A stretch of DNA of 64,000 bases from Clostridiales bacterium (GCA_004554165.1 SFNQ01000015.1:3375-67374); one strand, 5' to 3'; positions 1 to 10,667 are shown, counted from the first letter of the stretch. The notes: generated by a model from the letters alone, not told the origin. Translations and numbers: made by a program.

Positions 1-1320
1 GATGCTCTGTCCGGTGCGATGGACCTGATCGTGACCAAGTCCGTCAGCCGTTTCGCCCGGAACACCGTGGACAGTCTGGTGACGATACGGAAGTTGAAGG
101 AGAAAGGCGTCGAGGTCTACTTTGAAAAAGAGAACATCTACTCCCTCGACGGTAAGGGTGAGCTGCTTTTGACTATTATGTCGAGCCTCGCGCAGGAGGA
201 GTCCAGGTCTATTTCGGAGAATGTCACATGGGGCCAGCGCAAGCGGTTCTCGGACGGCAAGATCACTCTGCCCTATAAGCAATTTCTCGGATACGATCAC
301 GGACCGAAGAAGGACGATCCGCCGGTGGTAAACAAGGAGCAGGCTGCGATCGTTCGCCGGATCTACCGTGACTTCATGGCTGGGAAGACCGTCGGCGCGA
401 TATCGAGAGAGCTGACCGCTGATGGCATCCCGAGCCCTTCCGGGAAATCGAAGTGGAGCGCATCCACGGTGAATAGCATTCTGCAGAACGAGAAGTATCG
501 CGGGTCGGCATTGCTTCAAAAGTGTTTTACGACAGACTTTTTGACCAAGAAGCGGAAGATCAATGAAGGCGAAGTGCCTCAGTACTATATCGAACACAGC
601 CACGAGGCGATCATTGACCCGGATGAATGGGAGGCCGTTCAGGAGGAGATCAAGCGCCGGAAAGCCATAGGCAGGGCGTACAGCAGCGCCAGCATTTTCA
701 GCGCCAAGATCAAGTGCGGCGACTGCGGCGGATGGTACGGCGGGAAGACATGGCACTCGACCGACAAGTACCGGTCCACGATCTGGCGCTGCAACAGCAA
801 ATATGACGATGGCAAGCACCGCTGCCAGACGCCCACATTGCGGGAAAAGGACATTCAGGACCGGTTCGTTTCCGCGTTCAACAGCATGCAGACCGACCGG
901 ACCGCTTACCTTTTGGCCTGCGAAGTCACGAGAGACGCCTTCGCAGATACAAAAGCCATAGATGCGGAGATGGACGAACTGCTCCGGGAAATGGAGGTGG
1001 TTGCCGAGCTCACGCGGAAATGCATAGCTGAGAACTCCGCAACCGCGCAGGACCAGACCGAGTATACCGATCGGTATAACGCTTACGTTGATCGATACGA
1101 AAAGGCAAAAGCCCGTTACGACTCTCTTGCGGCTGTTCGTGCAGAACGGCTGGCCTCAGCAAAAGCCATGGAAAGATTCATGGCGGTGCTCAACGAGCGT
1201 GAGAACCCTCTCGCAGAGTTCGATCACCGGCTTTGGATCACGACCGTGGACTATGCGACGGTGCAAAGGGATGGAACCATCACATTCCGCTTTTATGACG
1301 GAACAGAGATCACAAAGTGA
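1..1320 (+). CDS. Large serine recombinase, 5' end cut by window edge
   Basis: Frame of ORF 19..1320 stays open to base 1. Resolvase motif TKSVSRFARN, recombinase domain, Cys-rich zinc ribbon KCGDCGG...WRCNSKY...HRC, long helical C-terminal tail. Confidence 0.9.
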   Translation, partial: DALSGAMDLIVTKSVSRFARNTVDSLVTIRKLKEKGVEVYFEKENIYSLDGKGELLLTIMSSLAQEESRSISENVTWGQRKRFSDGKITLPYKQFLGYDHGPKKDDPPVVNKEQAAIVRRIYRDFMAGKTVGAISRELTADGIPSPSGKSKWSASTVNSILQNEKYRGSALLQKCFTTDFLTKKRKINEGEVPQYYIEHSHEAIIDPDEWEAVQEEIKRRKAIGRAYSSASIFSAKIKCGDCGGWYGGKTWHSTDKYRSTIWRCNSKYDDGKHRCQTPTLREKDIQDRFVSAFNSMQTDRTAYLLACEVTRDAFADTKAIDAEMDELLREMEVVAELTRKCIAENSATAQDQTEYTDRYNAYVDRYEKAKARYDSLAAVRAERLASAKAMERFMAVLNERENPLAEFDHRLWITTVDYATVQRDGTITFRFYDGTEITK

Positions 1321-1449
1321 AGTAAGGTGCAAGGAGGCAAGATTACAGGGGTGTCCGTTTTGACCTGTTTTCCGTTCATCTGGAATCGGCAGAGCCCGCG
1401 ATACCCCCGTGAAATAAGGCTTTTCGGGCAATCCGTTCTCTCTGTAAGG

Positions 1450-1500
1450 TTGTAATCCAGAAGTCGATTACAATCTTGAAATATTGCAAGTTTGCAATAT
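1450..1500 (+). promoter_or_regulatory. Two adjacent inverted repeats, candidate operators upstream of the XRE gene
   Basis: TTGTAATC(1450-1457)/GATTACAA(1466-1473) and ATATTGCAA(1481-1489)/TTGCAATAT(1492-1500), perfect arms, in the AT-rich gap before the 1572 start. Confidence 0.45.
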
Positions 1501-1571
1501 GGCAAGTGAAATCGCCCAAACGGCAACGCTTTTTCGCTATAAATAACATGTGCAAGGAAAGGTACCGCACT

Positions 1572-1898
1572 ATGATAGCGAAGTTTTCAACAAGGCTCAG
1601 AGAGCTGCGACAAAGCAAAGGACTGCGTCAGGAACAGGTGGCTAAGCTGATCGGCGTAAACAAAAGCGCGATCTCCACTTATGAGAATGATATCCGGCAG
1701 CCCTCTTTTGAGATACTCGTCCGTCTGGCAAATCTATATCGGGTCAGCACAGATTACCTGCTCGGGCAAACGAACACCCGAACCATAGACCTTTCGGAAC
1801 TGACGGAAGAAGAAGCGAACTACATCTGCGGCCTTGTTGAGCTGATGTCTAAAAAAAACGGAATAATTAATAACACACGAGTATGGAGACGGTCATGA
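1572..1898 (+). CDS. XRE-family helix-turn-helix transcriptional regulator
   Basis: HTH_3 pattern LRELRQSKGLRQEQVAKLIGVNKSAISTYENDIRQPSFEILVRLANLY. ATG 1572 follows AGGAAAGG. The ORF-track start at 1476 was judged too far upstream. Confidence 0.85.
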   Translation: MIAKFSTRLRELRQSKGLRQEQVAKLIGVNKSAISTYENDIRQPSFEILVRLANLYRVSTDYLLGQTNTRTIDLSELTEEEANYICGLVELMSKKNGIINNTRVWRRS

Positions 1899-2869
1899 AG
1901 CAAGGCGACAATTTTCAGTACGAGTACTTTTCCTCTGTCACACAGCGCAAGGTCGAGTGGCTTTGGTATCCATATATCCCTTACGGGAAACTGACGATAC
2001 TGCAGGGTGACCCCGGCGAAGGCAAGTCCACGTTCATGCTCAACATCGCGGCGCTGCTGACCCGGGGCAAAGAGATGCCTGACGGGTTCCGTGTACCCGA
2101 GCCACAGCGGGTCGTGTACCAGACTGCGGAGGATAATCTTTCCGACACCGTGAAACCCCGCCTGGTAGCAGCCGGTGCGGATTGCAGTCGGATCGCATAT
2201 ATCATCGACGAGGATCGGCCTTTGACCTTGGAGGATTCGCGGATCGAAAAAGTGATACAGGAAACGCATGCCCGGCTTTTTATCCTCGACCCGCTGCAGG
2301 CGTATCTGTCTCAGGACTCCGATATGTTCAGCGCAGGCAGGATGCGTCAGCAGCTAAGACGGCTGGCGGATATCGCCTCAAAGCATAAATGCGCCATCGT
2401 AGTGATCGGCCACATGAACAAGGCAAGCGGAGAGAAGAATCTCTACCGAGGCCTTGGAAGCATCGACATCGCCGCCATAGCGCGAAGCGTGCTGATGATC
2501 TCACGGGACAAGGATGACCCCTCGATCCGGTATATGTTTCCGGTCAAATCGAGCCTCGCTCCGGAAGGTGCCGCCATAGCGTTTTCCTTCAATCCGAAGT
2601 CAGGGTTAAGGTGGATCGGTCAATGTCATGTGGATCAAAGTCAGATCGAGGATTTCGATATAGACGACAGCAAGAAGGCGCTGGCAAAACGCATCATACT
2701 TGAAATGCTCAGCGAACAGGATACGCATAGTTCGATCATCCTGAACAAGCTCAAGCTCATGGGCATTTCGGAGCGGACGATACACTCTGCCAAGAAGGAA
2801 GTGGGCGTACAGTCATACAGAAGTGATGGGGTTTGGTACTGGCATTTAGATACCCCGTTAGACACATAA
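1895..2869 (+). CDS. RecA/DnaB-like AAA ATPase (AAA_25-type) with C-terminal winged-helix-like tail
   Basis: WLWYPYIPYGKLTILQGDPGEGKST (Walker A), LFILDP (Walker B-like), VVIGHMNK. ATG 1895 overlaps the XRE stop as ATGA; alternative ATG at 1883. Confidence 0.8.
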   Translation: MKQGDNFQYEYFSSVTQRKVEWLWYPYIPYGKLTILQGDPGEGKSTFMLNIAALLTRGKEMPDGFRVPEPQRVVYQTAEDNLSDTVKPRLVAAGADCSRIAYIIDEDRPLTLEDSRIEKVIQETHARLFILDPLQAYLSQDSDMFSAGRMRQQLRRLADIASKHKCAIVVIGHMNKASGEKNLYRGLGSIDIAAIARSVLMISRDKDDPSIRYMFPVKSSLAPEGAAIAFSFNPKSGLRWIGQCHVDQSQIEDFDIDDSKKALAKRIILEMLSEQDTHSSIILNKLKLMGISERTIHSAKKEVGVQSYRSDGVWYWHLDTPLDT

Positions 2870-2881
2870 AGGAGGAACGCG

Positions 2882-4711
2882 ATGCAGGATAATGGCCGCA
2901 GGGAGCAACTGCGTCAGATCTATCAGCGGGAGGACACAGGAGAAAAAACATTCATTCCGGCAAAGCCGAAGATCAACCCAAATGAACGGGATCGCTTCTT
3001 TCGGGTTTGCGCATATTGTCGTGTCTCGACCGATAACGATGAGCAGCTTTCCTCTTTCGAACTCCAGCAGGCGCATTACCGTCAGCTGGTGCAGGAGCAT
3101 CCGAATTGGGAACTCAAGCACATATTTGCGGATCAGGGCATATCCGGGACCTCACTCAAAAACCGGGACCAGTTCAATGCGATGATCGAAGCGTGCAAAA
3201 AAGGCGAATACGATCTCATACTCACAAAGAGCGTATCCCGTTTTGCACGAAACCTGGTGGACTGCATTTCTTTGATCCGCATGCTGAAAGGCCTGACGCC
3301 ACCCGTCGGCGTTTTCTTTGAAACGGACAATTTGTACACGCTCGGGGAGAACACCGAGTTCATGCTTTCTTTTCTCGCCACGTTCGCACAGGAGGAGTCG
3401 GTCAAGAAGAGTGAGTCCATGAACTGGTCGCTGCAGCAGCGGTTCAAGGATGGAAAGCTCTTGACCCCGGCACCGCTTGGCTACGATCGGGAGAAGGACG
3501 CTGCCGGGCACTACGTCAAATACGCTCCGTTACTGCTGAACGAATCCGAAGCCCGGATCGTCCAGTTCATTTACGACGCGTACCTTGCCGGATGGTCACA
3601 GGAAGGCATCGCGGAACTGCTGAAGGATATCGGCTGCCTGACCAAGACCGGGAGCACGGACTGGACCGCCAGCGCTATAGGCTACATCCTGACAAACGAG
3701 CGCTACGTGGGCAACGTCCTCACATGGAAGACCTTTACCGCCGATCTGTACGAACACAAACATAAGAAGAATAGACAGGATCGTGACCAGTACCTGTACC
3801 ACGACCGGCATCCCGCCATAGTCAGCGTGGAAAAGTTCGAGGCGGTCCAGTCGCTGATACAGAACCGAAAGCATCACGTTCGAGGCGGCCTTCCTTCCCT
3901 CCAAGTCATTGATGAGGGCATATTCCGGGGCTATATCCCGATCAACCACCATTGGGTGAATGACGATCCGCATGTCTACTATGACATTTCCAATTCCGTC
4001 ACCAAGGTCATGAGGGTGAAAACGTTCGACAAACGGTCGTTCAGTGCATTCGATCTTTCGGGGTATCAGGTGGTTCGGAACCAGTTCACGCAGGTCCGGT
4101 ACGAAGGACCTTCCATCACGATCGCGGGCAACCGGATCTCATTCAATCTTTTCTGCATGCGCACCTTTGAGGACGTCGGCTATATCCAGCTGCTCCTTCA
4201 CCCGGCAGAGAGAAAGATTGCTATACGTCCGTGCCGTGAACGCGACACGCACAGTATCCGATGGCGGCCCGATCCCGAAAAAGCGGTGTTCCAGAAAACA
4301 CTGAGCTGTCAACACTTTGGGACAGCCCTCTTCAGCATTATGGAATGGGACCCGGATTACATCTACCGAGTACGCGGAACATGGGCAAAACGCGGTCAGG
4401 AGCAGATCATAGTATTCAATCTCATGAACGCGGTCCCGGCGGTTCTGGTGACTCCCGAGAACGCAGACAGTCCTGCCCGCAGGCGAATGGAACTGTGCCC
4501 TGCGGAATGGTCGGATGACTTTGGCGACGAATTCTATGAGCATGTTCTGGAGAACGGATTCTATTACCTCGCTCCGGACAACGAGTGGAAGACAACGGTG
4601 GCCAGCATTCCTGCTCCGGGGATGGAACAGTTTACTGTCCCGACCGCCGAGCAGATTCAACTAACAATAGAAAACCTAACGAGAGGAACGGAAACACCTA
4701 ATGATGGATGA
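2882..4711 (+). CDS. Large serine recombinase lacking a zinc ribbon, with a novel ~170-aa C-terminal module
   Basis: AGGAGG before ATG 2882. Catalytic region CAYCRVSTD, LTKSVSRFARN, recombinase domain (ERYVGNV, HPAIVSVEKFEAVQ). No CxxC pairs afterwards; instead a module paralogous to the next three ORFs. Confidence 0.9.
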   Translation: MQDNGRREQLRQIYQREDTGEKTFIPAKPKINPNERDRFFRVCAYCRVSTDNDEQLSSFELQQAHYRQLVQEHPNWELKHIFADQGISGTSLKNRDQFNAMIEACKKGEYDLILTKSVSRFARNLVDCISLIRMLKGLTPPVGVFFETDNLYTLGENTEFMLSFLATFAQEESVKKSESMNWSLQQRFKDGKLLTPAPLGYDREKDAAGHYVKYAPLLLNESEARIVQFIYDAYLAGWSQEGIAELLKDIGCLTKTGSTDWTASAIGYILTNERYVGNVLTWKTFTADLYEHKHKKNRQDRDQYLYHDRHPAIVSVEKFEAVQSLIQNRKHHVRGGLPSLQVIDEGIFRGYIPINHHWVNDDPHVYYDISNSVTKVMRVKTFDKRSFSAFDLSGYQVVRNQFTQVRYEGPSITIAGNRISFNLFCMRTFEDVGYIQLLLHPAERKIAIRPCRERDTHSIRWRPDPEKAVFQKTLSCQHFGTALFSIMEWDPDYIYRVRGTWAKRGQEQIIVFNLMNAVPAVLVTPENADSPARRRMELCPAEWSDDFGDEFYEHVLENGFYYLAPDNEWKTTVASIPAPGMEQFTVPTAEQIQLTIENLTRGTETPNDG

Positions 4712-5303
4712 TCAAACTGAACAGATTTTCACGAACGCAGAAGTAATCACCGAAGCCGACGCCGAAACGGAGGTCCTTGCGGATCTCGCAGGGTACCAGG
4801 TCACCAAGGCAGAATTGTTCTCCCATACACGGGAGCCCGCCATTACGATCTGGGAGTCCCGGATCAAATTCAATATGGCCTGCCTGAGGAAATTTCCGAA
4901 TGTCACCCACATCCAGATCCTGATCCATCCGGAGCAAAAGCGGCTCATCATCCGCCCGTGTGAACCGGACGCACCGGATTCCCTTCGCTGGGCAAAGGGC
5001 GGCGGCGATAAGGAGCTCACAAACAGGGACCTGCTGTGCAGGCTGTTTGCCGCGAAGATTTTTGACCTGATGGGCTGGGATAATCAGTACCGCTATAAGA
5101 TGATGGGCAAACCCGCCGTGTACAACAACGAGGTCCTGTTCCTTTTCAGACTAACGGATTTTGAGCTGTTCACGAACGGGAAAAAGTCGAAATCGTATCT
5201 TCCCGGTGAGTGGCGGGATTACTTCGGCACGCCTGTCGAGCAGCATGAGGAATCATTCAAGATCGATCTTGCGGATGGATACATCACAACAACTAAAGCC
5301 TAA
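4701..5303 (+). CDS. Hypothetical protein, paralog of the recombinase C-terminal module
   Basis: Shares ordered motifs with residues ~395-560 of ORF 2882..4711 (GYQV, ITIW.SRIKFN, IQILIHPEQKRLIIRPC, SLRW, GWDNQYRY, LFLFRL, PGEWRDYFG). Start overlaps the recombinase stop. Confidence 0.7.
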   Translation: MMDDQTEQIFTNAEVITEADAETEVLADLAGYQVTKAELFSHTREPAITIWESRIKFNMACLRKFPNVTHIQILIHPEQKRLIIRPCEPDAPDSLRWAKGGGDKELTNRDLLCRLFAAKIFDLMGWDNQYRYKMMGKPAVYNNEVLFLFRLTDFELFTNGKKSKSYLPGEWRDYFGTPVEQHEESFKIDLADGYITTTKA

Positions 5304-5317
5304 GGAGGGTGAACACA

Positions 5318-5764
5318 ATGATAAACATGGAAGAATTGAACCTTGACGGATTTCAGATCGTGAAATCTGAAATGTTTCTACACCTGCCGCGTAAAGCCGA
5401 TCCGACTTGTACCATTTGGCCTACAAAAATATCGTTCAGCCGCATGACTCTTCAAGCGTTGAACAACTGTGAATATGTCCGGCTTGAGGTGAATCCAAGC
5501 ACCAAATGCCTGCTGTTAGCGCCGACCCATTCCAGCGACAAAGATAGCATCAGATGGATCAAGGGTCAGAAGGAATTCAGCGTTCGAAATATGGAATCCC
5601 GACAGTTTGGCGAAGAGGTTTATAAAGCATGGGGGCTTGATAAACAATACAATTTCCGGGCAGTCGGTCGGCTCGTATCTGCGCGAAACAAGATTATGAT
5701 GCTATTCGATTTTTCAACTGCCGAAATGTGGAAGACAAAAAAGGTAGGTAATCAAGGTGAATGA
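5318..5764 (+). CDS. Hypothetical protein, second stand-alone paralog of the same module
   Basis: GFQIV, TIWPTKISFSR, YVRLEVNPSTKCLLLAP, SIRW, WGLDKQYNFRAVG, MMLFDF. ATG 5318 lies 8-9 nt after AAGGAGGG; the track start at 5309 is GTG. Confidence 0.7.
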   Translation: MINMEELNLDGFQIVKSEMFLHLPRKADPTCTIWPTKISFSRMTLQALNNCEYVRLEVNPSTKCLLLAPTHSSDKDSIRWIKGQKEFSVRNMESRQFGEEVYKAWGLDKQYNFRAVGRLVSARNKIMMLFDFSTAEMWKTKKVGNQGE

Positions 5765-6125
5765 GACCTATATATCCTTTTACTTAAGATCCAATAAGAT
5801 ACATCTTTTTGTAGATTCGCTCCGGAATATGGGAAGCCCGTCCCGGATCTGCTTCATGGTTGAGGAGAGCGGCGATACGCTGCTGGTTTCTCCATATGGG
5901 AAGCGGGACTTCAAATCGCACAGCGTGCCAACGGATGTTTATAAGGGGACGGGCGGTATGGAGGTTAACAGTTTCAAGCTCTGCCGAATCATAGCCGACC
6001 TCCATCATTGGGACCTCTCCCGATCTTATCGCGTTCCCGGTAAAGTGTACCCGGAGCAGAAGGTGGCCATTTTTAATCTTTCAGAGGCCGAGGTGATTGA
6101 CCGCGCTGAGAGCGATATGCCCTGA
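5757..6125 (+). CDS. Hypothetical protein, divergent third paralog
   Basis: GTG 5757 after AAGGTAGG, overlapping the previous stop. Weaker version of the same pattern (KIHLFVDSL, ICFMVEESGDTLLVSP, WDLSRSYRVPGKV, VAIFNL). Confidence 0.55.
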   Translation: MNETYISFYLRSNKIHLFVDSLRNMGSPSRICFMVEESGDTLLVSPYGKRDFKSHSVPTDVYKGTGGMEVNSFKLCRIIADLHHWDLSRSYRVPGKVYPEQKVAIFNLSEAEVIDRAESDMP

Positions 6126-6261
6126 TGCACCCCTCCCTCCAGAAATGCACCCCTCCCTGTGGCTAAATGCACCCCGCCCCACAGCAATTTGCACCCCACC
6201 CCATAGTTAAATGCACCCCGCCCCATGCCAAAATGCACCCCGGGAAGCAAGGTGGGGTGCA
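6126..6261 (+). repeat. Iteron-like array: six direct TGCACCCC-core repeats at 20/22-bp spacing, ending in an inverted copy
   Basis: TGCACCCC starts at 6126, 6146, 6168, 6190, 6212 and 6234. The extended core is TGCACCCC[T/G/A]CCC. GGGGTGCA at 6254-6261 forms a palindrome with the sixth copy. Confidence 0.85.
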
Positions 6262-6476
6262 TTGGTATCCAAATTAGCGTGATTTGCCACGAAGCCCGCA
6301 GTTCTGATGCCGCCGGTAAACCCGTCCCGCTTCGATACGCAGGCCAGAACCAGACCCACCAGCCCTGTAACCAGCGAAACCCAGGGCGTAATAAACAGAA
6401 AAACATCCGCAACAATGCCCAAAACCAGACTGGCAATGGCCTTACCTCTGCCCGGTACCGGCGCTCCGCTTTCCAT
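6207..6476 (-). CDS. Small membrane protein (DUF4190-like by pattern)
   Basis: Two hydrophobic helices GKAIASLVLGIVADVFLFITPWVSLVTGLVGLVLACV. ATG at 6476. The 3' tail runs into the iteron array, so the true end is uncertain. Confidence 0.5.
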   Translation of the reverse strand: MESGAPVPGRGKAIASLVLGIVADVFLFITPWVSLVTGLVGLVLACVSKRDGFTGGIRTAGFVANHANLDTNAPHLASRGAFWHGAGCI

Positions 6477-6542
6477 ACAACCATCCCCGCTTTCCTTTGA
6501 ATACTTGCGGCAGACATTTTTTCTGTACTGTCGCACATCCTA

Positions 6543-6587
6543 TTTTAGATAATATTTATCTAAAAGTCAATAGACAAATATTATCTA
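6543..6587. promoter_or_regulatory. Perfect palindrome plus a repeated half-site in a divergent promoter region, candidate XRE operator
   Basis: TTTTAGATAA-TAT-TTATCTAAAA at 6543-6565, with 10-bp perfect arms. The half-site TTATCTA recurs at 6581-6587. Confidence 0.5.
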
Positions 6588-6646
6588 TACTATAGTTGGG
6601 AGCAGCCCGACCGGCTGAGTTTTGAAGTAAGCGTGGTGCTGCTTGT

Positions 6647-6859
6647 TTGAAAAACCGCATCAAAGATTTGCGAGAGGACCATGATCTCACGCAGCGGCAG
6701 ATTGCCGATGGCATCGGAATTACCCAGAGAAAATACAGCTATATCGAAACGGGCGTTCAACCCCTGACGGACGATTTGCTGGTGCGGCTTGCGCGCTACT
6801 ATGGCGTCAGCATCGACTATCTGCTGCTGCAAACGGACAATCCCAAAAGGAATCCCTAG
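6647..6859 (+). CDS. XRE-family helix-turn-helix transcriptional regulator
   Basis: 70 aa: LREDHDLTQRQIADGIGITQRKYSYIETGVQPLTDDLLVRLARYYGVSIDYLL. TTG start. Confidence 0.85.
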   Translation: MKNRIKDLREDHDLTQRQIADGIGITQRKYSYIETGVQPLTDDLLVRLARYYGVSIDYLLLQTDNPKRNP

Positions 6860-7007
6860 CCTGTCGCCGGACCCCGTCGGTGCGCAGCGAATTGCGCCGC
6901 CCCCTTTGTCTGTCACGCCGGCCATCCCCCGGGATTTGCAGCAGCAGTAGGAGGCGCAACAGCCCGTGCGGCTGCCGCCATATTGAGGGAAGGCGCCCCT
7001 GCGGGGC

Positions 7008-7847
7008 TTAGAACGCCTTCGCCGGCAGGGCCTCGATCCGCTCCGCCATATCGTCCAGCCAGCCGCCCTCGAAGGCTTCGATGTTGCCGCAGTCGCAGAG
7101 GGCGGCCAGGGCGGGCTCGATGGGAAGCTGTGCGCTGCCTGCAACTCCCAGGCGCGCGGCGGTTTCGTCAAGCCGGCTCTTTCCGAAGGGGTGGATGATC
7201 CTTCCGCAATCCGGGCATTTCACATAGCTCAGGTTCTCCACAAGGCCCAGCACGGGAACGTGCATCATGCCTGCCATGTTCACCGCTTTTTCCACGATCA
7301 TGCCCACCAGTTCCTGCGGGCTTGTTACCACGATGATGCCATCCAGCGGAATGGACTGGAATACCGTCAGCGGCACGTCGCCCGTCCCCGGCGGCATGTC
7401 GATGAACATCACGTCCACGTCGCCCCAGATCACGTCCGTCCAGAACTGCTTCACCATGCCTGCCAGAATCGGCCCGCGCCATACCACCGGCGCGGTGTCG
7501 GAATCCAGCAGCAGGTTCAGCGACATGACCCGCACGCCCGTACGGCTCTCCACAGGATACATTCCCGCCTCGCTGCCCATGGCCTTCTCCACGAGGCCAA
7601 ACGCCCGGGGGATGGAGGGGCCGGTGATGTCCGCGTCAAGAACAGCGGTTTTCATTCCCCGCCTGCGGGCAAGCACTGCCAGCATGGAGGTCACCATGGA
7701 TTTGCCCACGCCTCCCTTGCCGCTGGCCACGCCGATCACCCGCCGGATGCGGGACAGGGCGTGCGGCTTTTCCATAAAGTCCGCTTTTTCCCGGTTTGCA
7801 CAGTTTTCCTGGCAGCTGCCGCAATCGTGGCTGCATTGTTCGCTCAT
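7008..7847 (-). CDS. mrp: Mrp/NBP35 (ApbC) family Fe-S cluster carrier ATPase
   Basis: GVASGKGGVGKS P-loop, N-terminal Cys cluster CSHDCGSCQENC, KCPDCG; GGGAGG before the ATG. Confidence 0.9.
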   Translation of the reverse strand: MSEQCSHDCGSCQENCANREKADFMEKPHALSRIRRVIGVASGKGGVGKSMVTSMLAVLARRRGMKTAVLDADITGPSIPRAFGLVEKAMGSEAGMYPVESRTGVRVMSLNLLLDSDTAPVVWRGPILAGMVKQFWTDVIWGDVDVMFIDMPPGTGDVPLTVFQSIPLDGIIVVTSPQELVGMIVEKAVNMAGMMHVPVLGLVENLSYVKCPDCGRIIHPFGKSRLDETAARLGVAGSAQLPIEPALAALCDCGNIEAFEGGWLDDMAERIEALPAKAF

Positions 7848-7964
7848 GGTTCTTTTCCTCCCTGCGCTGTATTGTTATGCGTCCTCTTCATGATATGCGC
7901 CCCGACTGCGCCTGTCAAACAGAACGGGCGCAGCGGCCCGCCGGGGGCGGCGCGTCACCCGCCG

Positions 7965-8360
7965 TTACCGTTTGAGCCGCAGCCGCGCCATGGCCCGGCT
8001 GAGCGAGAGCTGGCTGTGACGGTGCTCGAGAATGCTCTGCCTCTGGCGCAGCTCCTCCGTGGCCTTTTCATAGGCGGCGCGGGCGCGGTTTTCATCGATC
8101 TCCTCCGGCCACTCGCAGGCCTGCGCAAAAACCAGCACCCGATCCGGCCGCACTTCCAAAAAGCCCATGGAGTGAAACGCCCGGCGCTCCTGCCCGCTCT
8201 GCCGCAGGACCAGCGTTCCGTCTGCCAGGGGCGCGACCATGGGCGCATGCCCGGCGAGCACGGCCAGTCGCCCGTCGCAGGCCTCCACAATGATCTGTTC
8301 CACCTCGCCGTCAAAAAACTGCCGCTCCGGCGTGAGCACCTCCAGCCGAAAGGTTTTCAT
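7965..8360 (-). CDS. atpC: F0F1 ATP synthase subunit epsilon
   Basis: MKTFRLEVLTPERQFFDGEV..., 131 aa, last gene of the atp operon. The ORF-track start at 8657 lies inside atpD. Confidence 0.9.
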   Translation of the reverse strand: MKTFRLEVLTPERQFFDGEVEQIIVEACDGRLAVLAGHAPMVAPLADGTLVLRQSGQERRAFHSMGFLEVRPDRVLVFAQACEWPEEIDENRARAAYEKATEELRQRQSILEHRHSQLSLSRAMARLRLKR

Positions 8361-8364
8361 GGGC

Positions 8365-10651
<2,287 letters not shown>

Positions 10652-10667
<16 letters not shown>

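Larger units (their letters stand above)
1..6859 (+). mobile_element. Right-hand part of an integrated serine-recombinase element (island, IME or prophage-like); left end lies outside the window
   Basis: Two large serine recombinases, XRE regulators, an AAA_25 ATPase and an iteron array. Visibly AT-richer than the flanking core genes (not computed). The right boundary is only approximate. Confidence 0.55.

Noticed and set aside
6026-6538. 170-aa minus-strand ORF overlapping the iteron array
   Set aside because: It lies in an alternative frame to the more plausible two-helix membrane protein. Much of it is a translation of the TGCACCCC repeats (the GVH/GRGAF repeats).
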